A DNA stretch of 64,000 bases, taken from contig JBGPIA010000002.1 of the NCBI GenBank assembly GCA_041484665.1, positions 128,001-192,000 on the forward strand, in the 5' to 3' direction. Source of the stretch: Candidatus Krumholzibacteriia bacterium. GTDB lineage: Bacteria > Krumholzibacteriota > Krumholzibacteriia > JAJRXK01. The translations under genes and the position numbers were made by a program. Below the pieces are notes generated by a model. That model was not told where the DNA came from. It made no database searches and saw only the letters and a list, made by a program, of their open reading frames with translations. Positions 54,991-63,999 of the stretch are shown one piece after another (the stretch's first letter is position 1; every line of letters begins with the position of its first letter).

Positions 54991-55401
54991 ATGCCGGGAC
55001 GCTATGATCCGTTGGAGGATCTGCCGCCACCCAAAGGCACGCCGGCCCCGGATCCCGAGGCGGCCCGCCAGCAGTGGCTCGCGGCGCTGGCGTACGCCGG
55101 GCCTCTGTGCCTGCTCGCGATCTTCGCCCGCCGCAAGACGCCGTTCCTGCGCTGGCACGCCCAGCAGGGCTTCGTGCTGCTCTTCTTGGAGGCCCTGGCC
55201 TTCGCGCTGGTGATCATCGTGCAGGCCACGATCGGACGGATCCCGGTGCTGGGGCTGCTGGTGGAGATCGTCCTCAAGCTCGCCGTATTCGTGCTCTTCC
55301 TGCTGCTGTCCGTGATCGGCTTCGTCAAGGCGTTGGCCGGGGAGGAATTCCGCTTCCCGGTGATCGACGAATACGCCGAGCGCGTCCCGATCCACGACTG
55401 A
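54991..55401 (+). CDS. DUF4870-like membrane protein
   Basis: AALAY...FLRWHAQQG...KALAGEEFRFPVI. Confidence 0.75.
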   Translation: MPGRYDPLEDLPPPKGTPAPDPEAARQQWLAALAYAGPLCLLAIFARRKTPFLRWHAQQGFVLLFLEALAFALVIIVQATIGRIPVLGLLVEIVLKLAVFVLFLLLSVIGFVKALAGEEFRFPVIDEYAERVPIHD

Positions 55402-55614
55402 CCCGACTCGAGCGGCGTTCGCACGACCGGGCAGGGCCGCTTCGACGCGACCCGGCGCAGGGCTGAGGTGTGTCCGCGTCCTCCAGGAGCTCTCGCGGGC
55501 GCGTAGTGGCGGCAGGGGCATCTGCCGCAGGGGTCGTGTAGGGTCGGGCAGGGTCTAAGGGGGGCTCAACGGGAGTCAGACCCGCCCGGCGCGATCCCAA
55601 GCGGTCGTACCGTG

Positions 55615-55642
55615 ATTGCCCATAAGAAACATTATGTTAACT
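55615..55642 (+). other. dif: dif site (XerC/XerD chromosome-dimer resolution site)
   Basis: ATTGCCCATAA-GAAACA-TTATGTTAACT: 11-6-11 layout with the XerD arm one base from E. coli TTATGTTAAAT. It is an AT-rich island at the point where gene strand flips. Confidence 0.9.
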
Positions 55643-55735
55643 AACGCCCAAGAGAAACCCACAGCGCCGCCCCAAGCCATCTCCTGCATCTGCCCTGCCC
55701 TGGGAGGGCCGCCTGAAGTGGAGTCCGAAGCTACC

Positions 55736-56083
55736 CTACGGGCCCGGGTCGACGGGCCCCCGCAGCAGCTTCTCGGCCGAGCGGCCGAGGCGGATCAGGA
55801 TGTGGAACTCCTCGCCCACGAGGTCGACTTCGGCAGGGACATCCCGGGACTGGCAGAACCGGGCCAGACCATCGGCGGCCGATGCAGAGTCCACGATCAC
55901 GCGCAACACGGCCGGCGGGCTGCCGGCGGCGAGCTGGGTGCGCACCATGTGGATCGGGCCGGGATGGCGCAGCCCGCGGGCGATCAGCTTGCCCTCGCCA
56001 GCGGCGCGGCCGCCCTCCCGTTCCTCCGCCCCACCGGCGGAGAACGCGGCTGGCACTTTGCGGGAGGGGCGGCGAACGTCCAT
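55736..56083 (-). CDS. TusA/SirA-like small protein (CPxP replaced by HPGP)
   Basis: LIARGLRHPGPIHMVR...LRVIVDS...ARFC...FHILIR follows the TusA fold pattern. Confidence 0.6.
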   Translation of the reverse strand: MDVRRPSRKVPAAFSAGGAEEREGGRAAGEGKLIARGLRHPGPIHMVRTQLAAGSPPAVLRVIVDSASAADGLARFCQSRDVPAEVDLVGEEFHILIRLGRSAEKLLRGPVDPGP

Positions 56084-56181
56084 GGATCGTCTCGCGGCGT
56101 GGCCGTCCGGGAGCGGCCTCCCCGGCGGGCCGGGTGATGCGCCGGGCGGCGTGCTCTGGCAACGGCCCCTGGGTGGGACCG

Positions 56182-56517
56182 TCAGTGCCGAGCGTTGGTG
56201 AGAGCCTCGATCTTCTCGGTGAGCCGGTTCTTGGGCACCGCCCCGACCACGCTGTCCACCACCTCGCCGGCGCGGAAGAACAGCAGCGACGGGATGCTCC
56301 GGACCCCGAACTTGTTGGCGAGGCCCTGGTTCTCGTCCACGTTCACCTTGGCGACCTTGATGCGCCCGGAGTACTCGTTGGCGATCTCCTCGAGCACCGG
56401 CGCGATCATCCTGCAAGGCCCGCACCAGGGAGCCCAGAAATCCACCAGGACGAGACCGGTGTCCGAAGCGACTTCGGTCTGGAAGGTCTTCTCGTTCACA
56501 TTCACGGGTGCAGACAT
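56182..56517 (-). CDS. trxA: Thioredoxin
   Basis: [11 protein letters not shown] and VRSIP. GAGGAG SD. Confidence 0.98.
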   Translation of the reverse strand: MSAPVNVNEKTFQTEVASDTGLVLVDFWAPWCGPCRMIAPVLEEIANEYSGRIKVAKVNVDENQGLANKFGVRSIPSLLFFRAGEVVDSVVGAVPKNRLTEKIEALTNARH

Positions 56518-56604
56518 CGCTCTCCTCGTTGGTCCACCGGTGCACGCTACAAGGACGGCCCGGCACCACCGGCGCGGGCCGCCCTGGAAGCCACTCGCCT
56601 GATC

Positions 56605-56632
56605 AAGTTAGGGGATCAAGGGGGGCTGTCAA
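56605..56632 (-). promoter_or_regulatory. sigma70-type promoter of trxA
   Basis: TTGACA-N16-TAACTT on the minus strand, overlapping the end of holA. Confidence 0.45.
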
Positions 56633-57647
56633 GCCGTGCGGCGCCGCCGGCCGCCCATGCCAGCAGGGCCAGATCGTAGGCCATGCCCTCCCCCATGCTG
56701 CTCGACTTGGCCCGGCGGTCGGCGGTGCGGAAGCAGGCGAGCGCGCGCTCCACCTGCGAGAGCGTCACACCGCGCGCCAGTTGTGCGAGACGACGCCCCT
56801 GCCAAGGTGAGATCCCCAGCGCCCGGCTGGCGGCCTCCTCACCCAGCCCGGCATCCAGCGCGGCGCGGAACTGCGCGAGCTGGCGCAGCTTCCAACCCAG
56901 GATCGCCGCCGTGCCGATCACGTCGACGCCCGAGGAGCGCACGGCAAGCCAGGTGCGCAGCGCCGGCAACGGATCGCGCGCGTCCAGCTGGTCCGCAAGC
57001 GCGAAGGCGCTGAGGTCGCGGCTGCGTGCCACCAGCTCCGCGATGCGCTCCGCGCCCAACACGCCCGCGTCCGCCAGGAGCGCCAGCTTGGCGAGCTCGT
57101 TGTCCAGCTCGCCAAGATCCTCTCCCACCAGTTCCACCAGCGTCTCCGCGGCGCCCGGGCCCAGCTGCACCCCCCGCTCCTGCGCCAGCCGCTGCGCCTG
57201 CACCAGCAGTGCGGGCAGAGCGAGCGTGGGGAACTCCACCACCCGCCCCTGCTCCGCGCAGGCGAGGGTGAGCTTCAATCGCAGGTCGAGCTTGGCCGAG
57301 CTGATCACCAGCACGGTCGACGGCGACGGTGACCGCAGGTAGGCCAGCAGCGGCTCGACGGCGGCGCCGGCCGCAAGCGCCTCAGCGTGACGGACCCACA
57401 CGAAGCGCCGTTCGCCCAGCAGCGGATAGGTGGCGCAGGCGTGGGCGATCGTCGCCGGGGACGCGTCCTCGGCGTAGAACACCTCGGCGTTCAGATCCAG
57501 GGCGTCCTGCTCGAGCACCTTGCGCCGCAGCCAACGCGCGGTGCGCTCGGCGCGAAAGGCGTCGGGGCCGGCCAGCAGGTAGACCGCGGCGACCGCGGTG
57601 CCCTTCAGCTCCTTCATCAGCGCCTCTGGAGTCACCACGCGGACCAT
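56616..57647 (-). CDS. holA: DNA polymerase III delta subunit
   Basis: VYLLAG, YPLLGERR and L.NELAKL. lptE-holA synteny. Confidence 0.88.
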   Translation of the reverse strand: MVRVVTPEALMKELKGTAVAAVYLLAGPDAFRAERTARWLRRKVLEQDALDLNAEVFYAEDASPATIAHACATYPLLGERRFVWVRHAEALAAGAAVEPLLAYLRSPSPSTVLVISSAKLDLRLKLTLACAEQGRVVEFPTLALPALLVQAQRLAQERGVQLGPGAAETLVELVGEDLGELDNELAKLALLADAGVLGAERIAELVARSRDLSAFALADQLDARDPLPALRTWLAVRSSGVDVIGTAAILGWKLRQLAQFRAALDAGLGEEAASRALGISPWQGRRLAQLARGVTLSQVERALACFRTADRRAKSSSMGEGMAYDLALLAWAAGGAARLDSPP

Positions 57648-58183
57648 CACCACTCCTCGATGACCAGATTGAGGATCCCCTGGACGATCTGCTGCGCCGC
57701 CTGGGTGCGCGCATTGCTTTCGCCGACCTGGCCATCCGCGATGCGGTAGGTGGCGCTGGCGCGCAACTCCTTCGGGCCGACGATCGGCTCGCCGCTGGCC
57801 CGGTTCGCCAGGGTGACCGACACGGTGAGACGGACTTCGTATTCGTCCGCCTGGCGATCAGGCCCGTGGAACACCTCGGCGAGCTGGTAGCTGCGTACGG
57901 TACCCTGCACCACCGCATCGGCCTGTGGCTCCTGCACCACGCGCAGCGTGCGGTCGTCGATCAGACCCTTGATGATGTTCTCGGTCAGGGTGACCTCGAC
58001 GTTGGGCTCGCTGCTCTCGTTGGTGAAGTACGGGACGGCCACGCGCTCCACGCCCGGGCGCAGGCGCCCGGGGCGCGGACTGTACGCGCAAGCAGCCACC
58101 AGGGCCGCCACGGTGGCCATGGCCAGCGCACGACGCCAGATGTCCCGCCTCCGCGCGCGGAGGGCGGGCAGGGCCTCACCCAT
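57647..58183 (-). CDS. lptE: LptE-family lipoprotein
   Basis: VAAC lipobox, VAVPYFTNES and ADAVVQGTV, ending in EW. Upstream of holA. Confidence 0.75.
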   Translation of the reverse strand: MGEALPALRARRRDIWRRALAMATVAALVAACAYSPRPGRLRPGVERVAVPYFTNESSEPNVEVTLTENIIKGLIDDRTLRVVQEPQADAVVQGTVRSYQLAEVFHGPDRQADEYEVRLTVSVTLANRASGEPIVGPKELRASATYRIADGQVGESNARTQAAQQIVQGILNLVIEEW

Positions 58184-58195
58184 CGTCGAAGGACC

Positions 58196-59593
58196 TCACA
58201 ACAGCTGGAATGCCTTCATACGATAGCGCAGTTTGTCCCGATTGAGGTTGAGGAGTTTGGCGGTGAGGCTCTGGTTGCCCTCGGCCTCCTTATAGGCCTT
58301 CTCGATCAGGGCCCGCTCCAGCGACTCGACCAGCACCTCGTAGGCGATTCCATCGGTGGGGATGGCGTGACCGAGCGCGCCCTCGATCTCCTCGATCACC
58401 GAGTGCTCGTCGCTGCGGTCGGTACCGGCGATGGGGATGTGCTTGGGCAACAGCTCGGTGCCGTCCTCCAGCAACGCGATGCGCTCCATCATGTTCTTGA
58501 GCTCGCGGATGTTCCCCGGCCAGCTGTAGCCCGTGAGCACCTTCTGGGCCGCGTCGCTCACCCGCTCGAACTGCTTGCCGAAGCGGGTGCTGAAGGTGCG
58601 CAGGAAATGCTGCGTGAGCAGCGGGATATCCTCGGGGCGCTCGCGCAGTGGTGGGATGTAGACCGGGATCACCTTGAGGCGGTAGTAGAGGTCCTCGCGG
58701 AAGGTGCCCATCTGCACGCTCTGGCGCAGGTTGCGGTTGGTGGCCGATACGATGCGCACGTCCACCTTGATGTCCTTGATGCCGCCCACTCGGCGGAAGG
58801 TCATCTTCTCCAGGACGCGCAACAGCTTGACTTGGATGGGCAGGCTCATCTCGCCGATCTCGTCGAGGAAGAGGGTGCCCTTGTGGGCCAGCTCCAGCAG
58901 CCCCATCTTCTGGTTCACGGCGTCGGTGAAGGCACCTTTCTCGTGGCCGAACAGCTCGCTCTCCAGGAGCGGCTCCGGGAGCGACGCGCAGTTGATCTCC
59001 AGGAATGCGTTGTCGCGCCGCGGCGAATTCTGGTGGATCAGGTTGGCGACGACGTCCTTGCCCGTTCCGCTCTCCCCCTCGATCAGCACCGTGGTAGACT
59101 CGGCGATGACGATGCGCCGGATGAGCTCGTAGACCTCGCGCATGCGCGGGGAGATGCTGGGCACGATGTCGCTCGCCTCGTCGATCACCTGCGTCTGGCG
59201 TCGCAGCTCGTAGAGCTCGCTGGCGTGTCCCGTCGCGGCCATCCCCTTCTCGATCACGCGCAGCAGCTGCTCGAGGTTGATGGGCTTGTTCACGTAGTCG
59301 TGGGCGCCCTGCTTCATCGCCTCCACGGCGGTCTCCACCTCGCCGAAGGCCGTCATCATGACCACGCACAGCTCCGGGAAGCGGGCGCGCAGCTCGCGCA
59401 GCACCTCCATGCCCGAGCGATCGGGCAGCTTCAGATCGAGCAGCACCAGGTCGGGAACGTGCGCGGCCACCATGGCCAGCGCCTTGGCTCCGCTCTCGGC
59501 CGTGCTCACCGCGAAGCCCTCGTCCTCCAGCGTCTTGCGCAGGAAGAAGAGGATCGACTCCTGGTCGTCAACGATGAGAATGTTCCGCTTCAT
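58196..59593 (-). CDS. sigma54-dependent response regulator (REC-AAA+-Fis HTH, AtoC/ZraR-like)
   Basis: IVDD...LLDLKLPD receiver, GESGTGK, ESELFGHEKGAFTDA, LDEIG and WPGNIREL. Confidence 0.96.
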   Translation of the reverse strand: MKRNILIVDDQESILFFLRKTLEDEGFAVSTAESGAKALAMVAAHVPDLVLLDLKLPDRSGMEVLRELRARFPELCVVMMTAFGEVETAVEAMKQGAHDYVNKPINLEQLLRVIEKGMAATGHASELYELRRQTQVIDEASDIVPSISPRMREVYELIRRIVIAESTTVLIEGESGTGKDVVANLIHQNSPRRDNAFLEINCASLPEPLLESELFGHEKGAFTDAVNQKMGLLELAHKGTLFLDEIGEMSLPIQVKLLRVLEKMTFRRVGGIKDIKVDVRIVSATNRNLRQSVQMGTFREDLYYRLKVIPVYIPPLRERPEDIPLLTQHFLRTFSTRFGKQFERVSDAAQKVLTGYSWPGNIRELKNMMERIALLEDGTELLPKHIPIAGTDRSDEHSVIEEIEGALGHAIPTDGIAYEVLVESLERALIEKAYKEAEGNQSLTAKLLNLNRDKLRYRMKAFQLL

Positions 59594-61661
59594 GCCCAGC
59601 TCCCATCAGCGCAGGGAAACGCGGCAGCTCCACGGTGAAGCACGACCCCTCGCCGGGCCGGCTGCGCACCTGGATGCGGCCGCCATGACGCTCCACGATG
59701 CTGTAGCAGACGAACAGGCCCAGCCCCGTTCCGCCTGACTTCTTCGAGTAGAACGGCTCGAACACGCGCGCCAGGTCAGCCGGCGCGATCCCGCAGCCAT
59801 GGTCGCGCACCGCGACGGCGATGCCGTCCACGGGCCCAGTGGGCTGGTCCTCCTTGCGGCGGCTCCCAGCCGCGGTGACCTCCGCCGGCTGGACGTCGAC
59901 CTCGACCACGTCGCCGCTACGGCTGGCCTCCACGGCATTCTTGATCAGGTTGACCAGGAGCTGCTGGGCGAGATCCCGGTCGAGGTGCACCTCGGGCAGA
60001 TCCTCGCGGCCGCAAAAGAGGACGCCGACCCCGCGCTGCCGCGCCCACGGCGAGAGCCCCAGGATCGCGCCGCGCACCAGCTCGGCGGGTGAGGTGGCGG
60101 CCAGGCGCAGCGGCGATGGCCGCGCCACGCCCAGCAGGTCGCGGATCGTGCGGTCGAGCCGCTCGATCTCCCGCTGGATCATCCCGATGTTGCGCCGGTC
60201 CTCATCGCCGAGGTGGACGGAACGCGCCAGGTAGCCCACGCCCGCCCCGATCCCGCCCAGCGGATTGCGGATCTCGTGCGCCATGCTGCTGGCGAACCGG
60301 CCGATCGCCGCAAGAGTGTCCAGGTGACGGATCTCGTCCTGCATCGCGCGCAGGCCGGAGAGATCCTCGAATACGCACACGACGCCCTGCGGGCCGCCCT
60401 GCTCGGGCGAGAATGGCGACAGGCTCACCCGCACCGGGACGCGCTCGTCGGCCTGCGCGACGTTGCCGGCCGCGCCCTGCGTGTGGACGGCATCGCTGGA
60501 GGCGCCCTGCCCGTGCTCCGCGTTGCCGGTCGAGCCCTGGCCGTGTGTGACGCGCCGCAGCAATGCCTCCACGTGCAGCACCGCCGCGCCCGGCGCCAGG
60601 GCGCGGCGCAGGGGCAGCGCGCCCTCGGGCGCGTCGAAGAGCTCGTCGAGCCTGCGCCCCTGCATGGCGAGGGCAGCCTCGCCTCGCATGGCGGCGGCCT
60701 GGCGGTTGGCGAAGACGATCCTCCCGGAGGAATCGGTGGTGATGAGGCCGTTGGTCATTCCATCGAGCACGTGATCCCGGAAGCGCTCGGCCGCCTTGAC
60801 GTCGTCGTAGAGCGCGCTATTGGACAGGAGCGCCCCGACGGCATAGGCGAGCGACTCGACGGTGAGCTGGTCCGACTTGCGCAGCCCTTCACTGCGCCCC
60901 AGGTCGGTCACGGCCAGCACGCCGTGGACCGGATAGTGGCGGCAGGACACGCAGGGGGACAGATCGAGCCCGGTGCGCGCGGCAGGCGCGCGGCGCGGCC
61001 CCGTGAACGAGGCCGGCGTGAAACTGGGACAGCCCTGCCGGTAGAGCCAGGCGTCCGGGCGGCACTCGTCGCGGGCCAGCGGGCTGACCAGCGGAACGAC
61101 CAGGTATCCGTGCGCCGCGGAGCCGATCTCGACGCGGTCACCGTTGATGGCCAAGAGCGGCGGGGAGGCGTCGCCCCCGCCGGTGAGGCTGTGGCAGGAG
61201 CGCAGCACGCGGGCGACCGCCCCACCGACGCCCCCCATTCCCCAACGCACGGTCCGCACCGCGGGCCCGTCGGCGCCCGGCGAGAGCCAGCGCCCGACCA
61301 GCTCGCCGCTCACGGGCTCCACCCGCAGCAGCAGCACCTCCTGGAAGCCGGCCGCGCGCTGGCAGAACGCCAGCGCCGTGTCGAGCAGTTGGTCGGCCTG
61401 CCCCGGACGGGCCATGGCGCGCCAGAGCTCCTTGAGGCTGAGCAATTGGATGTTGGTGTTCACCAGCCGCAGCGATGCATCCTGCACGCGTGACTGCAGG
61501 TCGCCCATGCGGGTCAGCAGGATGCGGCGATGCAGGCCTGCCGCCAGGGCCGCGGCGGCCAGCAGCCCCGGTGCCAGGGCATACCACGGCGCGTACGGCG
61601 CCAGCAGCAGCGCCAACAGGGGCAGCAGGACGCAGACGGCGGCGGCGAGGAGCTGGGTCAT
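59568..61661 (-). CDS. Membrane sensor histidine kinase (TM-GAF-PAS-HisKA-HATPase)
   Basis: AHEIRNPL H-box, NLIKNA, DHGCG, FEPFY and GTGLGL. PAS GLITTD..GRIVFAN. Confidence 0.92.
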   Translation of the reverse strand: MTQLLAAAVCVLLPLLALLLAPYAPWYALAPGLLAAAALAAGLHRRILLTRMGDLQSRVQDASLRLVNTNIQLLSLKELWRAMARPGQADQLLDTALAFCQRAAGFQEVLLLRVEPVSGELVGRWLSPGADGPAVRTVRWGMGGVGGAVARVLRSCHSLTGGGDASPPLLAINGDRVEIGSAAHGYLVVPLVSPLARDECRPDAWLYRQGCPSFTPASFTGPRRAPAARTGLDLSPCVSCRHYPVHGVLAVTDLGRSEGLRKSDQLTVESLAYAVGALLSNSALYDDVKAAERFRDHVLDGMTNGLITTDSSGRIVFANRQAAAMRGEAALAMQGRRLDELFDAPEGALPLRRALAPGAAVLHVEALLRRVTHGQGSTGNAEHGQGASSDAVHTQGAAGNVAQADERVPVRVSLSPFSPEQGGPQGVVCVFEDLSGLRAMQDEIRHLDTLAAIGRFASSMAHEIRNPLGGIGAGVGYLARSVHLGDEDRRNIGMIQREIERLDRTIRDLLGVARPSPLRLAATSPAELVRGAILGLSPWARQRGVGVLFCGREDLPEVHLDRDLAQQLLVNLIKNAVEASRSGDVVEVDVQPAEVTAAGSRRKEDQPTGPVDGIAVAVRDHGCGIAPADLARVFEPFYSKKSGGTGLGLFVCYSIVERHGGRIQVRSRPGEGSCFTVELPRFPALMGAGHEAEHSHR
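60456..60545 (-). repeat. Three 30-nt in-frame tandem repeats in the kinase PAS domain
   Basis: HGQGSTGNAE / HGQGASSDAV / HTQGAAGNVA. Confidence 0.7.
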
Positions 61662-61736
61662 GGGTGTCGGCCCGCAAACGATGCGCGGGCGCACCCAGCC
61701 CATTCAAGGAGCGTGCCTGCAGGCGCAGGCACCTGC

Positions 61737-61772
61737 GGAAAATCGCGCCCTGCCCGGCCGGGCGAGGGCGCG
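61737..61772 (-). terminator. Possible terminator after the sugar transferase gene
   Basis: CGCGCCCT/AGGGCGCG stem followed by ATTTT on the minus strand. Confidence 0.4.
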
Positions 61773-61829
61773 TGGAGTCGGGCCGGCAAGAACGTCCCAC
61801 CCGGCGGTCGCCGGGCCAGGAGGCAGGAA

Positions 61830-62618
61830 TCAGAACGCGCCGTCTCCGGTCACGACGACGCGGATGGTGCGCAGCATGATCATGAGGTCCTGCAGGAGGC
61901 TGTACCGCGTGATGTACTGCAGGTCGAGCTCCACCTTGCGCTGCACGCTGGCCAGCGAGGAGTCATAACCGGACTCCACCTGCGCCAGCCCGGTGATGCC
62001 CGGCTTGAAGCGGAGTCGCTCGAGGTACCCGGGCACCTCCCCGGACAACAGCGTGATGAAGGGCGGCCGCTCAGGCCGTGGACCGACCACGCTCATATCA
62101 CCCCTGAGCACGTTGTAGAACTGCGGGAACTCGTCCAGGCGCGTCAGACGCAGGAATCGTCCCACGCGCGTGATGCGCGCATCGTTCTTCTCCGCCCAGC
62201 GCACTCCATCCGACTCGCTGTTCACGTACATGGTGCGCAGCTTGTAGATCTTGAACAGGTGGCCTTCGGCGACGACCTTGCGCTGGTCGCTCGGTCCGCG
62301 GGTGCGCCGCTCCACGCTGGGCAGGCCAGCCCGCTGGCGACGGTCGCGCTCGCGCCGGTTGATCCCCACGCGCACCTGCGTGTAGAAGACCGGGCCGCGC
62401 GAGTCGAGGCGGATCGCCAACGCCAACAGCGGCAAGACCAGCGCGAAGCCCAGCACCGCGACCGCCGAGACGGCGATGTCGATGCCGCGCTTGGTGGAGC
62501 GCTCCCAGGCCGGGACCTCCCGGTAGAACGGGATGCGCGCTCCGATCGTGGTGAGGGTCGGCGCCTCGTAGGTGCGGTCGTTCCGCACCCGGGCGTACAT
62601 CGCGGGATCGAGTAACAT
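61830..62618 (-). CDS. Priming polyprenyl-phosphate sugar-1-phosphate transferase (Bac_transf, WcaJ-like catalytic domain)
   Basis: KRGIDI, IRLDSRGP, KLRTM, RLDEFPQ, GDMSVVGPRPE and KPGITGLAQV. Confidence 0.93.
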   Translation of the reverse strand: MLLDPAMYARVRNDRTYEAPTLTTIGARIPFYREVPAWERSTKRGIDIAVSAVAVLGFALVLPLLALAIRLDSRGPVFYTQVRVGINRRERDRRQRAGLPSVERRTRGPSDQRKVVAEGHLFKIYKLRTMYVNSESDGVRWAEKNDARITRVGRFLRLTRLDEFPQFYNVLRGDMSVVGPRPERPPFITLLSGEVPGYLERLRFKPGITGLAQVESGYDSSLASVQRKVELDLQYITRYSLLQDLMIMLRTIRVVVTGDGAF

Positions 62619-63049
62619 GACGGCTGACAGCCCCTGGATAGGACCAAACCGGTACGCGAACGGACCGACACACCCGGCGCCACGGCGCAGGTGCCGTCCG
62701 GCTGCACAACTTCAGATGTCCAGCAACCCGGATACCAGGCTTCTCGGGCTGGAAACTGCAAGGATGTTGACCCGACGTTCTACCATGGAATCGCTTTGTT
62801 TACAGGGGCTTGCCAGGTTCCAACCGGTGAGACTCCCGACTGACCTTCACCGCGCGGGAGCGTCCATTCGGCGGGGATCCCCCAACACTTGCGAGTCCAG
62901 ACGCCAAGTCTGACGGAACCGGGGGGCCGGCGTCAAGTCCACAACTTGTGACGTGTCGGTGACGGGAGGGGCGTTTCAGGACGTTTCGGGCGCGGCGGGA
63001 AAGCTCGTGGAGCTCGTGCAGCTGCGTGGCCCAACGCTGCCGGGTCAGG

Positions 63050-63790
63050 TTACTCGTCGCCGTAGGAGCTGGAGTCGTAGTCGTAGTAGGACGGCAGCAC
63101 GTTGGCCGCGTTGTTGAGCACGACTCCCAGCAGATTCGCGCGCCCGTCCCGCAGCACGTCGCGCGCGCGCAGGATCACTTCGCGGGGCGTGAGGCCCGCC
63201 ATCGCCACGAGGATCACTCCGTCCACTTCCGCGCCGAGCAGCGTCGAGTCGGCCACCGGCATCACCGGCGGCGCATCGAAGATCACCATCTCGTAGCGGG
63301 TGCGCAGCTCGGCCACCAGGCGAGTCAGCGCGCGGGTCTCGAACAGACCGCCGGGGCTTTGTACCCGCGTGCCGCACGTGATGATGCGCAGGTTTTCGTG
63401 GGGCGTCTCGCGCAGCACGTCCGCCAGCTTGGCATCGGCCCTCAGCAGGTCGCTGAGGCCCTTGCCGCGCGGGAGGTCCATCATCTTATGCAGTACCGGA
63501 CGGCGCAGATCGCCGTCGATGAGCACCGTCTCGGTGCGCTTGTGCCTCGCGACGGTCACGGCGAGGTTGCTGGAGGTCGTGCTCTTTCCCTCGCCGTGCT
63601 CGGCACTGGTGACCATCAGCACGCTGAGGTTCTCCCGGCGCAGCCGCGGGCGCAGCTTCGTGTAGAGCCGGCGCATCTCGACGGCCAAGGGGGACTCGAA
63701 GTCCTCGGGCGTCGTGGTGAGCAGGTGCGGCAGCGCCGTGCGCTCGACGCGCTCGTCGGTCTCGATCCGCTCGTGCTTGGCGATGCTCAC
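63050..63790 (-). CDS. CpsD/CapB-family bacterial tyrosine kinase
   Basis: GEGKST, IDGDLRRP, FDAPP and C-terminal Tyr cluster SYYDYDSSSY. Confidence 0.92.
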   Translation of the reverse strand: MSIAKHERIETDERVERTALPHLLTTTPEDFESPLAVEMRRLYTKLRPRLRRENLSVLMVTSAEHGEGKSTTSSNLAVTVARHKRTETVLIDGDLRRPVLHKMMDLPRGKGLSDLLRADAKLADVLRETPHENLRIITCGTRVQSPGGLFETRALTRLVAELRTRYEMVIFDAPPVMPVADSTLLGAEVDGVILVAMAGLTPREVILRARDVLRDGRANLLGVVLNNAANVLPSYYDYDSSSYGDE

Positions 63791-63999
63791 GGCGTGCCCT
63801 TGGCTTGGTCGAGCTGCCCGGCGGCCCCCACGGCGTCGAGGTTGATCTTGTCCTTGACGGTGCTGTGCTTGTAGCTCAGGACGAGTAGCGTCATCGCCCC
63901 CACCAGCGTGACCGTGAAGGCGCTGTGCCACATCAGGCTCTGGCGCCGCTGCTTGCGCTCCCATCGGAACCCGCCGGCGAAGCGTGGCAGAGTGCCGAG
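63787..63999 (-). CDS. C-terminus of a probable polysaccharide chain-length determinant (Wzz/GumC-like), 5' truncated
   Basis: Manual translation LGTLPRF...RKQRRQ-TM helix-...TP*. GTGA overlap with the kinase start. Confidence 0.6.
   Translation of the reverse strand, partial: LGTLPRFAGGFRWERKQRRQSLMWHSAFTVTLVGAMTLLVLSYKHSTVKDKINLDAVGAAGQLDQAKGTP

Noticed and set aside
55616..56137. 173-aa plus-strand ORF starting within the AT-rich patch
   Set aside because: It begins inside the dif site and is antisense to the TusA-like gene, with no protein features.
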